64,000 bases of DNA from the human T2T-CHM13v2.0 reference genome, Homo sapiens. The notes under the pieces were generated by a model. The model ran no database searches and was not told the origin of the DNA. It worked only from the letters and a program-made list of their open reading frames with translations. Position numbers and translations under genes: made by a program. Of the stretch, positions 1-18,103 are shown one piece after another. The stretch lies in the NCBI RefSeq assembly GCF_009914755.1, contig NC_060936.1; one strand, given 5' to 3'. Each line of letters starts with the position of its first letter. The first letter of the stretch is position 1.

Positions 1-214
1 TCTGAATTTTGGAATATCCCTTAATTACATGCTTCAGTAGGCTTTTATCCAGTGCTCCAGCAGCTAGTGACTTTCCCTTCACTGGGGCCAGGAAATTTTA
101 GTTTTTCTTATTGTTTTAAATGATTGATCGGTGCCATGAGAAGTCAACTTAACCACTGGTATATTTTACTGTGAAATGTGTAAGTTATTTATACATAGCA
201 ATAACAAAATAGAA

Positions 215-509
<295 letters not shown>

Positions 510-547
<38 letters not shown>
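510..547 (+). repeat. (CA)n microsatellite in the Alu tail
   Basis: About 19 perfect CA units, lying inside the Alu TSDs. Confidence 0.95.
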
Positions 548-549
<2 letters not shown>

Positions 550-1655
550 TAATAAAATAGAAATATAACTAACATGGCGTAGAGTCAAGATTCTATTTTT
601 CAAATAGACCATAAAGGGAAGCGTGCTTGTATAAATGCAAAAAGAATAAATAAAAAAAGACATTTCAACCTAAAATGCTTTTTAAATTACCACCCCAATA
701 CAGTTTAATTGTAGCCTCAGATCAATAGTTGTAAATACTTTATTACAAAAATAATGACTTTCATATACTCTTTTGTGAATATAAAAGATACCATCGTCAA
801 AAATTTACAAAATAAAAAGGGAAGTAAATATTTCAATATCAATTATACACTCACCAAGAAGAACCATTTTTACTATATATTCCTCTATGCTTGTGTTACT
901 TCTTATAAATACATACCTGTAATTATCAGGCTGGACATGCCGCATTGTAGCCTGTTTCCATTCAACAATAACTCATGAACCCTTCTGTGTATTAAATACT
1001 TTTCTACACATCTGTTTCAATGCATTTATTGAATTTCATCATATGAATCGTTTCTATTTTGTGTATCTAGTTTCCTATTGCGTACATTTAAACTAATTAC
1101 TATTCTTGCTATTGTATATATGTATTTGATAATTGCATTGTTTGTAGTCTTCGAATATTTTTTGAATATTTAAACCCACATATACCCTAGGATAATTTGG
1201 AGAAGTAGCATTGCTGGGGTTTCACACGTTTGCTCACATAATTGTATGTTAAGAGTGGTCCATTTCTCCATACCCACCCATATTGCCCTGGGCAGAAATT
1301 TCCTTCTCTAATTGTTCGCTTGGTTCCAGATTAACACCACAGGCTTCTTGCAGCCTATGGCTTTATGGCTGACGGCTCCATGGGGAGCGCACTCCCACCC
1401 TCTTCTAAAGATTGGCTCAGAGTCAGTCTCTGCAGAACACTGAGGGCTCCTAACAGAATGGAGCAGCACCACTAGGATGGCCTATCCTCCAGAGGCCTGG
1501 AGAGAAGGAGAAACCATTCCAATTTCTTCCAACCCAGCACCCGACACACCTGAGTTTACTTCAACAAAAGGACAAACATAATTCGAAGAGGATAATTACC
1601 CTATCATCATGAAATAAAAACAAAAAACATGTTTTCCTGAGGAGATAGAATTCTC

Positions 1656-1815
1656 ATCTGTCTGTCTGTATCTATCTAGCTAGCTAGCCAGCCATCTATT
1701 GTTTGTCTGTATCTATCTGTCTGTCTGTATCTATCTATCTAGCTAGCCAGCCATCTATTGTTTGTATCTATCTGTCTGTCTGTTTATCTATCTATCCTTC
1801 CATCTATCATCTGTT
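1656..1815. repeat. Compound (TCTA/TCTG)n tetranucleotide repeat with a ~60-bp internal duplication
   Basis: TCTA/TCTG units; CTAGCTAGCCAGCCATCTATTGTTTGT occurs twice. Confidence 0.85.
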
Positions 1816-1819
1816 TCTA

Positions 1820-2107
1820 TTTTGAAACAGGGCATTGTTCTGTCACCCAGGCTGGACTGCAGTGGTGCAATCATGGCTCCCCGCAGCCTCCACCCCCTGA
1901 GCTCTAGCCATCCTCCCACTTCAGCCTCCCTGGTAGCTGGGACTATAGGCATTCGTCACCACACCGAGCTAATTTTTAAATTTTTTTGTAGAGATGAGAT
2001 CTCACTATTGTCGAGGCTAGTCTCAAACTCCTGGCCTCAAGTGATCCTCCCACCTCAGCCTCCCAAAGTGCTGGGATTATAAGCATGAGCCACCACCACA
2101 CCCAGCC
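1820..2107 (-). mobile_element. Alu SINE (AluJ-type)
   Basis: Reverse Alu with J-like features (GCAATCATGGCTC, TCCTCCCAC...TCAGCCTCC, TTTTTTGTAGAGA). Confidence 0.9.
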
Positions 2108-2336
2108 TATATATTTTATTTATGTTTTACATATAAATGAATTAATATCATTATTAAATAAATATACATTTACTATGGATTTTACTTATATGTTATTTGT
2201 ATGCATATATGCATTCATATAAACATTTCATACATTACATATAAAATTGTATATTTATGTAAATTTTTATATATTTTATATTTATATATACACATATAAA
2301 ATGTATGTGTATATACAATTATATATATATATATAT
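2108..2336. repeat. AT-rich low-complexity / (TA)n region
   Basis: Nearly pure A/T, ending in (TA)n at about 2320-2336. Confidence 0.8.
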
Positions 2337-2839
2337 GAAAAGCTTGGACATCACAGATGTGCCAAATGGAAAAAAATATCTAAAGCTTAAGTAGCAAATG
2401 CAATATTGAATTCAGGCCAAATTAATTAAAGTATAACAGGTGTAGAAAGCTTGATGCTTACTCACAAAGCAATCACGCCTGGTCCGCCAGCTCCAGTTCA
2501 GGAGGCAACTGAGGACTGGGCTGACCCATGCTCCTTCCTGTTCCTGTCCTCTCAAAGGGAATCACCATCCTGACTACAAACAACACGAATTAATTTTGCC
2601 TGTGTTTGCATTTTATGTAAGTGGAGTCATACAGTATATACTATATATTTATTTCTTCACCATGTTGTGACATGCAAAAGACTTGCAGCATATATTGCTT
2701 TGTGCCTGGCTTCCTTTGCATAGCATTCTGGTACATGTAGTTATGGATAATTTATTCTTGTTGTTGTAGAGTGTTTTTCTGTATGATTATATCACAATTC
2801 ATCCATCTGCTCTTAATGGTTATTTTCCTTTCCTTCATA

Positions 2840-3390
2840 TCATTCTCACAAATGCTACTGGAGGGTCTACTATGGGCCAGCAGTATTCTAGGTTCTGAAA
2901 CTTCTGTGCTGACCAGGACAGATTAAACTCAATTTGCTGGAAGAGACAGACACAAGTGTTAAAATAATTTTGGAAAAAGACAAATACTATGTGACAATAG
3001 TGCAGGTGGGTATGGAGGAATGCAACGTGGTGGGTAGGGAATATGAGTGGTCATGGTAAATTTTTCCAGAGAGGGAGTATTCAAGCTAACACCCAGATGA
3101 AGACCAAGAGGCAAGCAAAGGTGGAATGGAAGATCATGCCAAGAAAAATGAATGATCACCCCAAAGGGCCTGAGTTAAGAAGAAACCCAGCCTGCCTGAG
3201 GAACAGAACGAAGTCCAGTGTGACTAGAACAAAATGAGAACAGGGAGAGAATGGGGAACAAGGTGATTTAATTGGGGCTAAATGAGGAAGATTCCCAAAG
3301 GCCATGGTGAAAAGTGGGGCTTCTATGATAAGGTCAGTGGGAGGCCATTGGGTTGCTTTTGAGCAGGGTAGTGACTTAATCTTATGTACT
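2840..3390 (-). mobile_element. L2 LINE fossil (3' part)
   Basis: Degenerate L2 3'-end signature (CATTCTCACAAATGCTACTGGAGGGTCTACTATGGGCCAG) followed by typical purine-rich L2 body on the + strand. Confidence 0.6.
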
Positions 3391-4020
3391 AGGGAATTTA
3401 ATTTATTTTCTGTATTCTCTGCCATCTTAACCACTGGCTATCAATAAATGACAAGCTAGGAATGTTAACAGAATAAGTATATTTTATTGGATAATGGGAG
3501 TGGGAATTTAGAATAAGCTCCTTTCAAGAATTCTCATTTCTACCTTAGCAGGGACACTGAACACTGATTAAATTTCTCTGGAAGTGCTGGAAAGTGTACA
3601 GACTCCTGTCTCTGCCCATAGCATTTATTCCCCAAATTGGCCACTTCTTGTCACTCAGAGTGCATTACACGAGTCTAAAGTCGAGCTTATTGTTACTATA
3701 CTTAACAACTTTACTAAACACAAAATGCATTTATTGGAGATTAGATCAGACTTCTGAATTGCCTTTTGTTTTTTGGGGGTGAGGGAGAAAAAAAGATTCA
3801 TAAGGGATTTGTTTCAAATAGAAGTCATTCTTGTCAAGCTATGTCTTTAAAACTTAGTTCTACAATAGATTTGCCAAAAAATCAATTACTTGCCTAGAGA
3901 CAGAGTAGATACATTTTTTTCTTGTAACCTAATTCCAAGAATTGTCTTACGGGTAGTGTTTCTTATCTAACTCTGAACATCCTCTTCTGCTATCTGTGAA
4001 TTTCTTATAAGAATACTTGG

Positions 4021-4314
4021 GGCTGGGCATGGTAGCTCACGCCTGTAATCCCAGCACTTTGGGAGGCCGAGGCAGGCAGATCACGAGGTCAAGAGATCGA
4101 GACCATCCTGGCTAACACGGTGAAAACCCGTCTCTACTAAAAATACAAAAAAAAATTAGCTGGGCGTGGTGGCGGGCGCCCGTAGTCCCAGCTACTCAGG
4201 AGGCTGAGGCAGGAGAATGGCATGAAACCGGGAGGCAGAGCTTGCAGTGAGCTGAGATTGCGCCACTGCACTCCAGCCTGGGCGACACAGCGAGACTCCT
4301 CTCAAAAAAAAAAA
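4021..4314 (+). mobile_element. AluY
   Basis: AluY diagnostics GAGACCATCCTGGCTAACACGG, GAATGGC and GAGCTTGCAG. TSD AGAATACTTGG (4010-4020 / 4316-4326). Confidence 0.93.
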
Positions 4315-5220
4315 GAGAATACTTGGAATTGTTTCTAACTTGGTGCTCTTTTTTAATTAAATGCTATATTATACTTTCTCCTTATATTTGTGTGTCACAT
4401 ACTAATGTTGATTTATAAATAATTGTTTCCTGGGATGCTGCTTTTGAATTAATTAAGAGGTAATATAGGAAAAAGGAGTGTCTTCCTGCTCAAATTAGTT
4501 GAAGAAGCTGCCTTCAACTGGTGATGTTAATGACGGATTTCTCAGTTAACTAGTGATTCGTGTTTTGGGGCGATGCTTAAAACAGCATATTTGAATAGAC
4601 TGCTCCTGAATTTACTCATTGTATATCTGGTCAACAAACATTATTGATAACTTTTATGGTCTACATCCTGACCTAGACAATAAGGTTAAAGAGATAAATT
4701 AGAAAAACCAGTTCCTCCTTTTAAAAAACTTAGAAATAAATGGGAATGTTCCATGTAATCTATCCAGCGATGCAATTTTTTAAATTATTAATAAAAGGAA
4801 AAGCATTAAAAAATAAAAAGAAATGAATGGGAATGTAAGGTCATCAATTTATTACAACTGTTGCAGTTGATACAAAGAAGAATTAAGGGGTTATCCTAGT
4901 TCACATCAAAATATATGCCAGATGCCCTCTTTATAGTGTCAGAATTTTACTTGAAAAACTGTCTATTTTATAGCCTGCATTTTCACCCTGGTATTTTTTT
5001 TAATATTTTTTTTTTATTATACTTTAAGTTTTAGGGTACATGTGCACATTGTGCAGGTTAGTTACATATGTTGTATACATGTGCCATGCTGGTATGCTGC
5101 ACCCACTAACTCGTCATCTAGCATTAGGTATATTTCCCGATGCTATCCCTCCCCCCCCCCACCCCACAACAGTCCCGAGAGTGTGATATTCCCCTCCCTG
5201 TGTCCATGTGATCTCATTGT

Positions 5221-9049
<3,829 letters not shown>

Positions 9050-9112
9050 TATGATGTTAGCTCGTTATTTTGCTCGTTAGTTGATGCAGTTTCTTCCTAG
9101 TCTCGATGGTCT

Positions 9113-10129
9113 TTACATTTTGGCATGATTTTGCAGCGGCTGGTATCGGTTGTTCCTTTCCATGTTTAGTGCTTCCTTCAGGAGCTCTTGTAAGGCAGGC
9201 CTGGTGGTGACAAAATCTCTCAGCATTTGCTTGTCTGTAAAGTATTTTATTTCTCCTTCACTTATGAAGCTTAGTTTGGCTGGATATGAAATTCTGGGTT
9301 GAAAATTCTTTTCTTTAAGAATGTTGAATATTGGCCCCCACTCTCTTCTGGCTTGTAGGGTTTCTGCCGAGGGATCCACTGTTAGTCTGATGGGCTTCCC
9401 TTTGAGGGTAACCCGACCTTTCTCTCTGGCTGCCCTTAACATTTTTTCCTTCATTTCAACTTTGGTGAATCTGACAATTATGTGTCTTGGAGTTGCTCTT
9501 CTCGAGGAGTATCTTTGTGGCGTTCTCTGTATTTCCTGAATCTGAACGTTGGCCTGCCTTGCTAGATTGGGGAAGTTCTCCTGGATAATATCCTGCAGAG
9601 TGTTTTCCAACTTGGTTCCATTCTTCCCATCACTTTCAGGTACACCAATCAGACGTAGATTTGGTCTTTTCACATAGTCCCATATTTCTTGGAGGCTTTG
9701 CTCATTTCTTTTTATTCTTTTTTCTCTAAACTTCCCTTCTCGCTTCATTTCATTCATTTCATCTTCCATTGCTGATACTCTTTCTTACAGTTGATCGCAT
9801 CGGCTCCTAAGGCTTCTGCATTCTTCACGTAGTTCTCGAGCCTTGGTTTTCAGCTCCATCAGCTCCTTTAAGCACTTCTCTGTATTGGTTATTCTAGTTA
9901 TACATTCTTCTAAATTTTTTTCAAAGTTTTCAACTTCTTTGCCTTTGGTTTGAATGTCCTCCCGTAGCTCAGAGTAATTTGATCGTCTGAAGCCTTCTTC
10001 TCTCAGCTCGTCAAAGTCATTCTCCATCCAGCTTTGTTCCGTTGCTGGTGAGGAACTGCGTTCCTTTGGAGGAGGAGAGGCGCTCTGCTTTTTAGAGTTT
10101 CCAGTTTTTCTGTTCTGTTTTTTCCCCAT
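9113..10129 (-). pseudogene. L1 ORF1 (p40), disrupted
   Basis: MGKKQNRKTGNSK...NHAKM in one frame, with a premature GAA>TAA stop at about 9785. Confidence 0.93.
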
Positions 10130-11034
10130 CTTTGTGGTTTTATCTACTTTTGGTCTTTGATGATGGTGATGTACAGATGGGTTTTTGGTGTGGATGTCCT
10201 TTCTGTTTGTTAGTTTTCCTTCTAACAGAGAGGACCCTCAGCTGCAGGTCTGTTGGAATACCCTGCCGTGTGAGGTGTCAGTGTGCCCCTGCTGGGGGGT
10301 GCCTCCCAGTTAGGCTGCTCGGGGGTCAGGGGTCAGGGACCTACTTGAGGAGGCAGTCTGCCCGTTCTCAGATCTCCAGCTGCATGCTGGGAGAACCACT
10401 GCTCTCTTCAAAGCTGTCAGACAGGGACATTTAAGTCTGCAGAGGTTACTGCTGTCTTTTTGTTTGTCTGTGCTCTGCCCCCAGAGGTGGAGCCTACAGA
10501 GGCAGGCAGGCCTCCTTGAGCTGTGGAAGCTCCACCCAGTTCGAGCTTCCCGGCTGCTTTGTTTACCTAATCAAGCCTGGGCAATGGTGGGCGCCCCTCC
10601 CCCAGCCTCGCTGCCGCCTTGCAGTTTGATCTCAGACTGCTGTGCTAGCAATCAGCAAGACTCCATGGGCGTAGGACCCTCCGAGCCAGGTGCGGGATAT
10701 AATCTCGTGGTGCGCCGTTTTTTAAACCCGTCGGAAAAGCGCAGTATTCGGGTGGGAGTGACCCGATTTTCCAGGTGCCATCCGTCACCCCTTTCTTTGA
10801 CTCAGAAAGGGAACTCCCTGACCCCTTGCGCTTCCCAAGTGAGGCAATGCCTCGCCCTGCTTCGGCTCGAGCACAGTGCGCGACCCCACTGACCTGCGCC
10901 CACTGTCTGGCACTCCCTAGTGAGATGAACCCGGTACCTCAGATGGAAATGCAGAAATCACCCGTCTTCTGCATCGCTCACGTTGGGAGCTATAGACCGG
11001 AGCTGTTCCTATTCGGCCATCTTGGCTCCTCCCC
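10130..11034 (-). promoter_or_regulatory. L1 5'UTR internal sense promoter and antisense promoter; YY1 site retained
   Basis: CpG-containing 5'UTR; YY1 core CAAGATGGCCG near the 5' end (about 11013-11023, minus strand). Confidence 0.75.
10584..10892 (+). CDS. L1 ORF0 (antisense ORF in the L1 5'UTR), C-terminally extended, 102 aa; translation not shown
   Basis: MVGAPPPASLPPCSLISDCCASNQQDSMGVGPSEPG... matches the known ORF0 peptide; context GCAATGG is a good Kozak. Confidence 0.6.
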   Translation: MVGAPPPASLPPCSLISDCCASNQQDSMGVGPSEPGAGYNLVVRRFLNPSEKRSIRVGVTRFSRCHPSPLSLTQKGNSLTPCASQVRQCLALLRLEHSARPH

Positions 11035-11313
11035 TTCACCCTGGTATTTTAAGAATGCATTTAAATATTTTATTTCACCTTACTTGTTTTGCATGTGTAG
11101 TCCTTTTAATCTTAGGTATTAAATATATAAAACAGACTTTCACAACTAGTTAAAGAATTTTCAAAGGGCAGATAAAATATGTAATTTTCATCTTTCCAAA
11201 CTGGTGCTATGTAACATACGAAGTGCAATTAATGGTCATAATAACATGCTTAAACACCAAACCGAAAGAATGCATCTGGAGTTATTAACTAGGAACTAAA
11301 TGAGGAAAAAAAA

Positions 11314-11359
11314 GTATGTATGTGTGTATGTGAGTGTGTGTGTGTGTCTGTGTGTGTGT
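11314..11359. repeat. (TG)n imperfect microsatellite
   Basis: Directly visible TG run. Confidence 0.85.
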
Positions 11360-12274
11360 TCTATAGTGAGATGCAACTTAATTTTTTTTTCCAAGTAAAA
11401 TATAGGCAGGAGCTTTCTCTGGAGGAAGTAGTAGGAAATGGTTCACCCTCCTTCAGGAAAAAAAACTGGACAAATATATAAAACAGTTTTAAATACATAG
11501 ATATAGGCAAAAAGTAGTGATTTATGAGAGAAGGGAAAATAATGAAGTAAACTCCCAAATTTCCCCACATGTACTGCCTTGAGAAACCTTTCAGTCCACA
11601 GAAGGGGATGGGGGATATCTCAGAGAGGAGCCATCTGACTGGGAACTGGAGAGGAGAGAGATCCAGAGAAATCTCCAGAGGCCCCTCCAGCTGTTCAGCT
11701 GGCTGTTAATCAGCACAGTGATGCAGAAACTGACTGTGGCCAGGGGAAACATTATGTGGAAGAATTCGAGAGGACAGCACCATGATACCACATGCAAGCT
11801 TAGCATGGTTGGCCCATCACCTAAACACAGAGACCTCATAATTCAATGAGAAATAAGGTAGGATACTCTTAAAAGGTCTTCACTACCTACTGAATTACAA
11901 TGAACTCTTAGCTTTAAATTAATGCTGCTCTATTTCTGTCTAATAAATCTTAAAAGCCTTACCCAAAAGGATTATTTCCAAATACCTTAATTGTGTTCCA
12001 CAACAAAACTCAATATCTATATAAATTACATAATTTTATATAGCATATATATGTGTATATCCCCCAGAAGGATACATTCCAAAATATCTTGCATCCAATC
12101 AAAAATTACCAGGCATGCCTATGATGAGAAGAAACCTCAATCGAAACATCTAAAACTGACACGCGTGTTACGATTAGAAGAAAAAGACATTATAACAGTC
12201 ATTCAGTGTGTACAGAAAGCGGAGAGAAGTGTTAAGATGTGGCAGGGAGACAAAACATAAAAAGGACACAAGTT

Positions 12275-12876
<602 letters not shown>

Positions 12877-14021
12877 TTTGTATAGATTGTGTGAAATGAG
12901 CAATTATGTTGGATATGGTAAGCAACAGATTAGACAATACAGAAGAAGATATTAGTGAATATGACAAATTAATAAAAAACTAGCCATGCTGAACCAGAGA
13001 GAGACAGGGAGAGAGAAGAAAACAAAAACAAAAAAGAACAGAGATTTACTGTGCTTAGGAGAAGTAGCCTAATAATTGTGTAACTGGAGTTCCCCAAATA
13101 AGGACGTACAAAAAACATTTGAATGAATAATGTAATGAAATGATAAACACACAAATCTAAGAAGCTTAATAAAACCCAAGCCCAAGAACCATACAAAATA
13201 CACAAAGAAATATTATAACCAAATTGTCCAAAACAGTTTACAAAGAAAAAAATCTTAAAAACAAAGTAAAAATAAATGTTATATAGAGAGGAAGAACTCT
13301 AAGAGTTGCAATATATTTCTTGTCAAAAGCAATGCAAATGAGAAGACAGAAAGACACCATTTTCACATGAAAGAAAGAAAATAGTAGCCAAGTTAGAATT
13401 CTGTGTGCACTCATATATACTTATTTTTTTAATACAAAAGGATGTTTTTAGATTTACAAAAGCCAAAAGCTGAAGGAATTTATTACTGGAAGACTTCACT
13501 ACAATAAATGATAATTCAATAGAATAAAAAATAATACAAGATGAAAACATGGACCTAATCAAAAAAATAAAGAGGACTTGAAATTGTAATCACTTTGGTA
13601 AATCTATGAGTATTACCTTATTATTTTAATCACCCTAAAAGATGATGAAGCAGAATTAATTCACGGAGCAAATACTTCTTAAGCACCTATTAGATCACAG
13701 GCACTTAAGGTGGCTATTGGGATACTACATCAAACAGCTGTGTGAAAATACCTTGAAGGAACTATGTAAACACTGTATTCTAAAATAATATGCAAGGTAT
13801 GTTCTTTACAACTTGTTTTATTGGAAATACAATTATAAACAACCAAATTTCAAGTTATTAACCAGTACTAATTTATAATCACTGTGTATTACAGCAAACT
13901 CAATGCTTCAGTGACTTCCAAATCTACTGAGAGATAAGAATTGATAATGTACTGATAAACTTAGTTAGGACTTTTAAATTGTTCTTGGTTTAAGGAAAAG
14001 CTATATTTAGAATGATTTCCA

Positions 14022-14300
14022 GGCCAAGTGTGGTGGCTCACTCCTGTGATCCTAGCACTTTGGGAGGCCAAGCTGGGTGGACCACTTAAGGTCAGGAGTT
14101 TGAGACCAGCTTGGCCAACATGGCAAAACCCCATCTCTACTAAGAAAACAAAAATTAGCTTGGCGTGGTGGTGCACGCTGATAATCCCAGCTACTCTAGA
14201 GGCTGAGGCATAAGAATCCTTTGAACCTGGGAGGCAGAGGTTGCAGTGAGCACTCCAGTCTAGGCGACAGAGTGAGACCCTGTCCCCCACTCCCCACCGC

Positions 14301-14331
<31 letters not shown>
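14022..14331 (+). mobile_element. Alu (AluSx/Sz-like) with ~A30 tail
   Basis: Alu body with a deletion near the 3' end, a C-rich insert and a pure A tail; GATTTCC flanks both sides. Confidence 0.9.
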
Positions 14332-14333
<2 letters not shown>

Positions 14334-14712
14334 TTTCCCTTTGCATGTACTTAGGATCTCCAGTTGCTGAAAATTTCAAAGGAATTTTAAAGTATACTTG
14401 CAAAAATTCTATATAGGCATTGATATAACTTTTATAGTATTCAAAAATAGTATTTTATAGTATTCAACTTTTATAGTATTCTGGATTTACTATTCACTTT
14501 CTAACCTGCCTATAAGACACTGGAGTACAGACATCACATTTTGGCTTGTTTTAAAGGCCCCACATCTAACCATCACAGTGAATGCATATAGCAAGTCTTG
14601 ATGGGAGCATGTTCAACAAAAAGGCAGAGTTGTTCAGCAGATGAGACTCAGGCTTTGGGGTTATATGAATCCACGTGTTATTTACTTCTCGACCACTTAC
14701 TGATTTTATGCC

Positions 14713-15199
14713 CGTACTAGTTCCCTAGACCTGCCATAACCAAGAGTCACAAACTTGGTGGCTTAAACTACAGATGTTCTAGAGTCTGGAAGTGCAAAAT
14801 TGAAGTGTAGGCAGTCGTCATGCTTCCATCAAAGCCTCTAGGGAGGGTTCCTCTAGGGAGGGTTCCCCTGGGGAGGGTTCCTCTTCACCTCTCCCACTTT
14901 AGGGTAGCTCCAGGAGCCTTCACTTGTGGTTCATCGCTGTCATCCTGCCTTTGTCATCTGCATATGGCCGTTTTCTCTCAGTGTCTTTACATTGTCTTCC
15001 CTCTGTGTTATCTCTGTCTCTGTATCCAAATTCCCCCTTTTTATAAGGACACCTGTCTTATTGGATTAAGGCTCATCCTCATGACCTCATCCTAACTTGA
15101 CATCTGTAAACATCCTATTTCTAAATAAGGTGATAGTCACAGATACTAGAGGTTAGGACCTCAACATGTCTTTTTGGGGAGACAATTCAACCCATAAAA
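14713..15199 (-). mobile_element. MaLR solo LTR (MLT1B/C-like) inserted in a MIR
   Basis: GGTGGCTTAAA, CCTCATCCTAACTTG and CAATTCAACCCATAA hallmarks; near-TSD ATGCC/ATGAC; MIR-like sequence on both sides. Confidence 0.75.
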
Positions 15200-15462
15200 A
15201 TGACCTTGAGCCAGGTCCTGATTCCTCTAGGCCTTGGATCATCAACAAAATAGAAAAAAAAATCAGCAGCAGTGATTGAATTATTTTGACAAGAAATTGA
15301 GATGGGGGTGTATAGTGCATCACTCTGAAGTGTTGGTTCTTTGCAGAGAAAGGAGCTTAATATTAGAAAGTCTTTTTCCTTATTTAAGGTGGAAACAATT
15401 ATAGTGCGGGGAGGGAAAGTGGAGGATGATGATGGAATGGGAGTGAGGAAAACCATTTCACT

Positions 15463-15765
<303 letters not shown>

Positions 15766-15811
15766 CATTTCACTCTTAAGGTTCTACTGAAAATCCACAA
15801 TGAAATGGGGA

Positions 15812-16110
15812 TTTTTTATTTCTTTCTTTATTTTTTTGAGACAGGGTCTCCCAGGCTGGAGTGCAGGAGCTGTGATCATGCCTCACTGCAGCCTTGATTT
15901 CCCAGGCTCAAGCAATCCTCCCACCTCAGCTTCCCGAGTGGCGGAGACTACAGGCACATAACATCATGCCCAGCTAATTTTTGTATTATTTGTAGAGACA
16001 AGGTTTTGCCATGTTATCCAAGCTAGTCTTGAACTCCTGAGCTCAAGCGATCCACCCACCTGAGTCTCCCAGAGTGCTGGGATTGCAAGCATGAGCCACC
16101 ACACCAGGCT
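15812..16110 (-). mobile_element. AluJ-like
   Basis: Reverse Alu with GACAGGGTCTC, GCTCAAGCAATCCTCCCACC and TTGTAGAGAC. Confidence 0.88.
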
Positions 16111-17764
16111 GAAACAAGATATTCTTAATCTGAGTTGGAGAATCTTAGCATTTCAGGTCTTTGAAGAAATTGAAATGCTACTAAATTAAAGAAGAATATG
16201 AGATAATATTGTATGAAAACTATACATTTTATAAAATCAGATAATTCTTTATTACTGAGTGATCTTAGCAAACCTATGGAAAGAATCTTATCTATCTACA
16301 TAGTAAGCAAATACAACTCATATCTATGTTAACATGTCTAAATGAATTTTTTTTAATATCTATGTTAACATATCTAAATGAATTTTTTAATATTTTGATA
16401 TACCCCTCGGTCCCAATAACAGGATTTTTGCTTAGGGAGAAAACACTGTTTTGAGTCTCCTGATCATCACTGTAGCAGAACTTTTACCTTTGGGATCGTC
16501 TCAGAATTCACCTAATTCAAAGCTTCCATGCAATTACACTGCCACATTTTCCCAATTTAGAAATTCTAATGGCCCCCAGTGGATATTTTCACAGGTTGAA
16601 TTTCAGAGACAGCTTAACTATCACATGTTTTGTTCTAAATACCCTTATCCAACTTCCAATTTGCCAGCCAGCCACCAATATACATTGCCTGAGAAAGCGC
16701 AAATGTGCTTCACGAACAGCATGAGATTCTAACTCTAATACATTTAAACCCCAGGCTCACCACTTGTGCACCTGTTAGAATTGCATATTCTTTCTTTCTG
16801 CTAATAGCTTTCAAACTATTTAGCAGGTGACAGCCACACCTAGAAGAACACATCCAGAAAAACATTAACAAGACGCCGTAATGTGAAATGCCAGACACAT
16901 TAAAATAGCATGCTGTGAATAGGAGATACAGGCTTTGCTCTCTGAAAGGCATGGTCCAAGGGGCTCAAGTTCAAAGGGGGAAAAATTCTGTCTACGCTGC
17001 TGCATGAGTAAATGAAACAAGAACATACTGGAAGGAAAAGTTCTGAGAGTAGGAAACTGAGATTGCAGGCCTGCTATCCTAAAAGAACTGTTTATAGCAG
17101 GAATTTCCAGGAAGTTTGGAGAAATGTCTGAATTTTTGGGACTCAATTGCAGCACTTGCTTAACAATAAACATTGCCTTCTTTTCTGTGTCTTTTCCCAT
17201 GCTGAGGTATCTCTGGGGATTGGGGTATGTTACTGAGACTTTGGCATTGCTGAGTTTTTTCTATGCTGTTTCCAGGATCCTTTTATGCTCATGTTGCATT
17301 TGTGTGTGTGATAGTATAGTAGTTGGGCAGCCAGGGCTAAGTCAACACATTTATTTCAGTTTCTTCATTTCAGAGACAGTCTTTTATTTGAACAATGAAA
17401 AGTAAATAGAAACCAGGCAACTTTTTTGGAGCCACATTAATATATTTTTTCTCATGAGGTTTCATTGTGAGTCTAATAACTGTGTAGAGATTCACGACTC
17501 CAGCAATTAGCTTCTGGATATTTCTTTCAATCTGATAGTGTAGTTTGCCTGGCAGTCAGATCGATAGCTTGGGGGTTGAATGCAGCCTTCAATTACTTCT
17601 ACCTGAAGACCTGATCTTCAATTCTACAGTGCTGATTAGTGTATGTATTTCATTAGAACATTAGTGCTTAAAATTCACATTCATCACGGCAGTGCCTGGC
17701 TGTCCACAGGTTAAGAAGGGGAACGGAAGGCAAAGCTTAGAAAGAAACCCTTATCTTGACTTGA

Positions 17765-18103
<339 letters not shown>

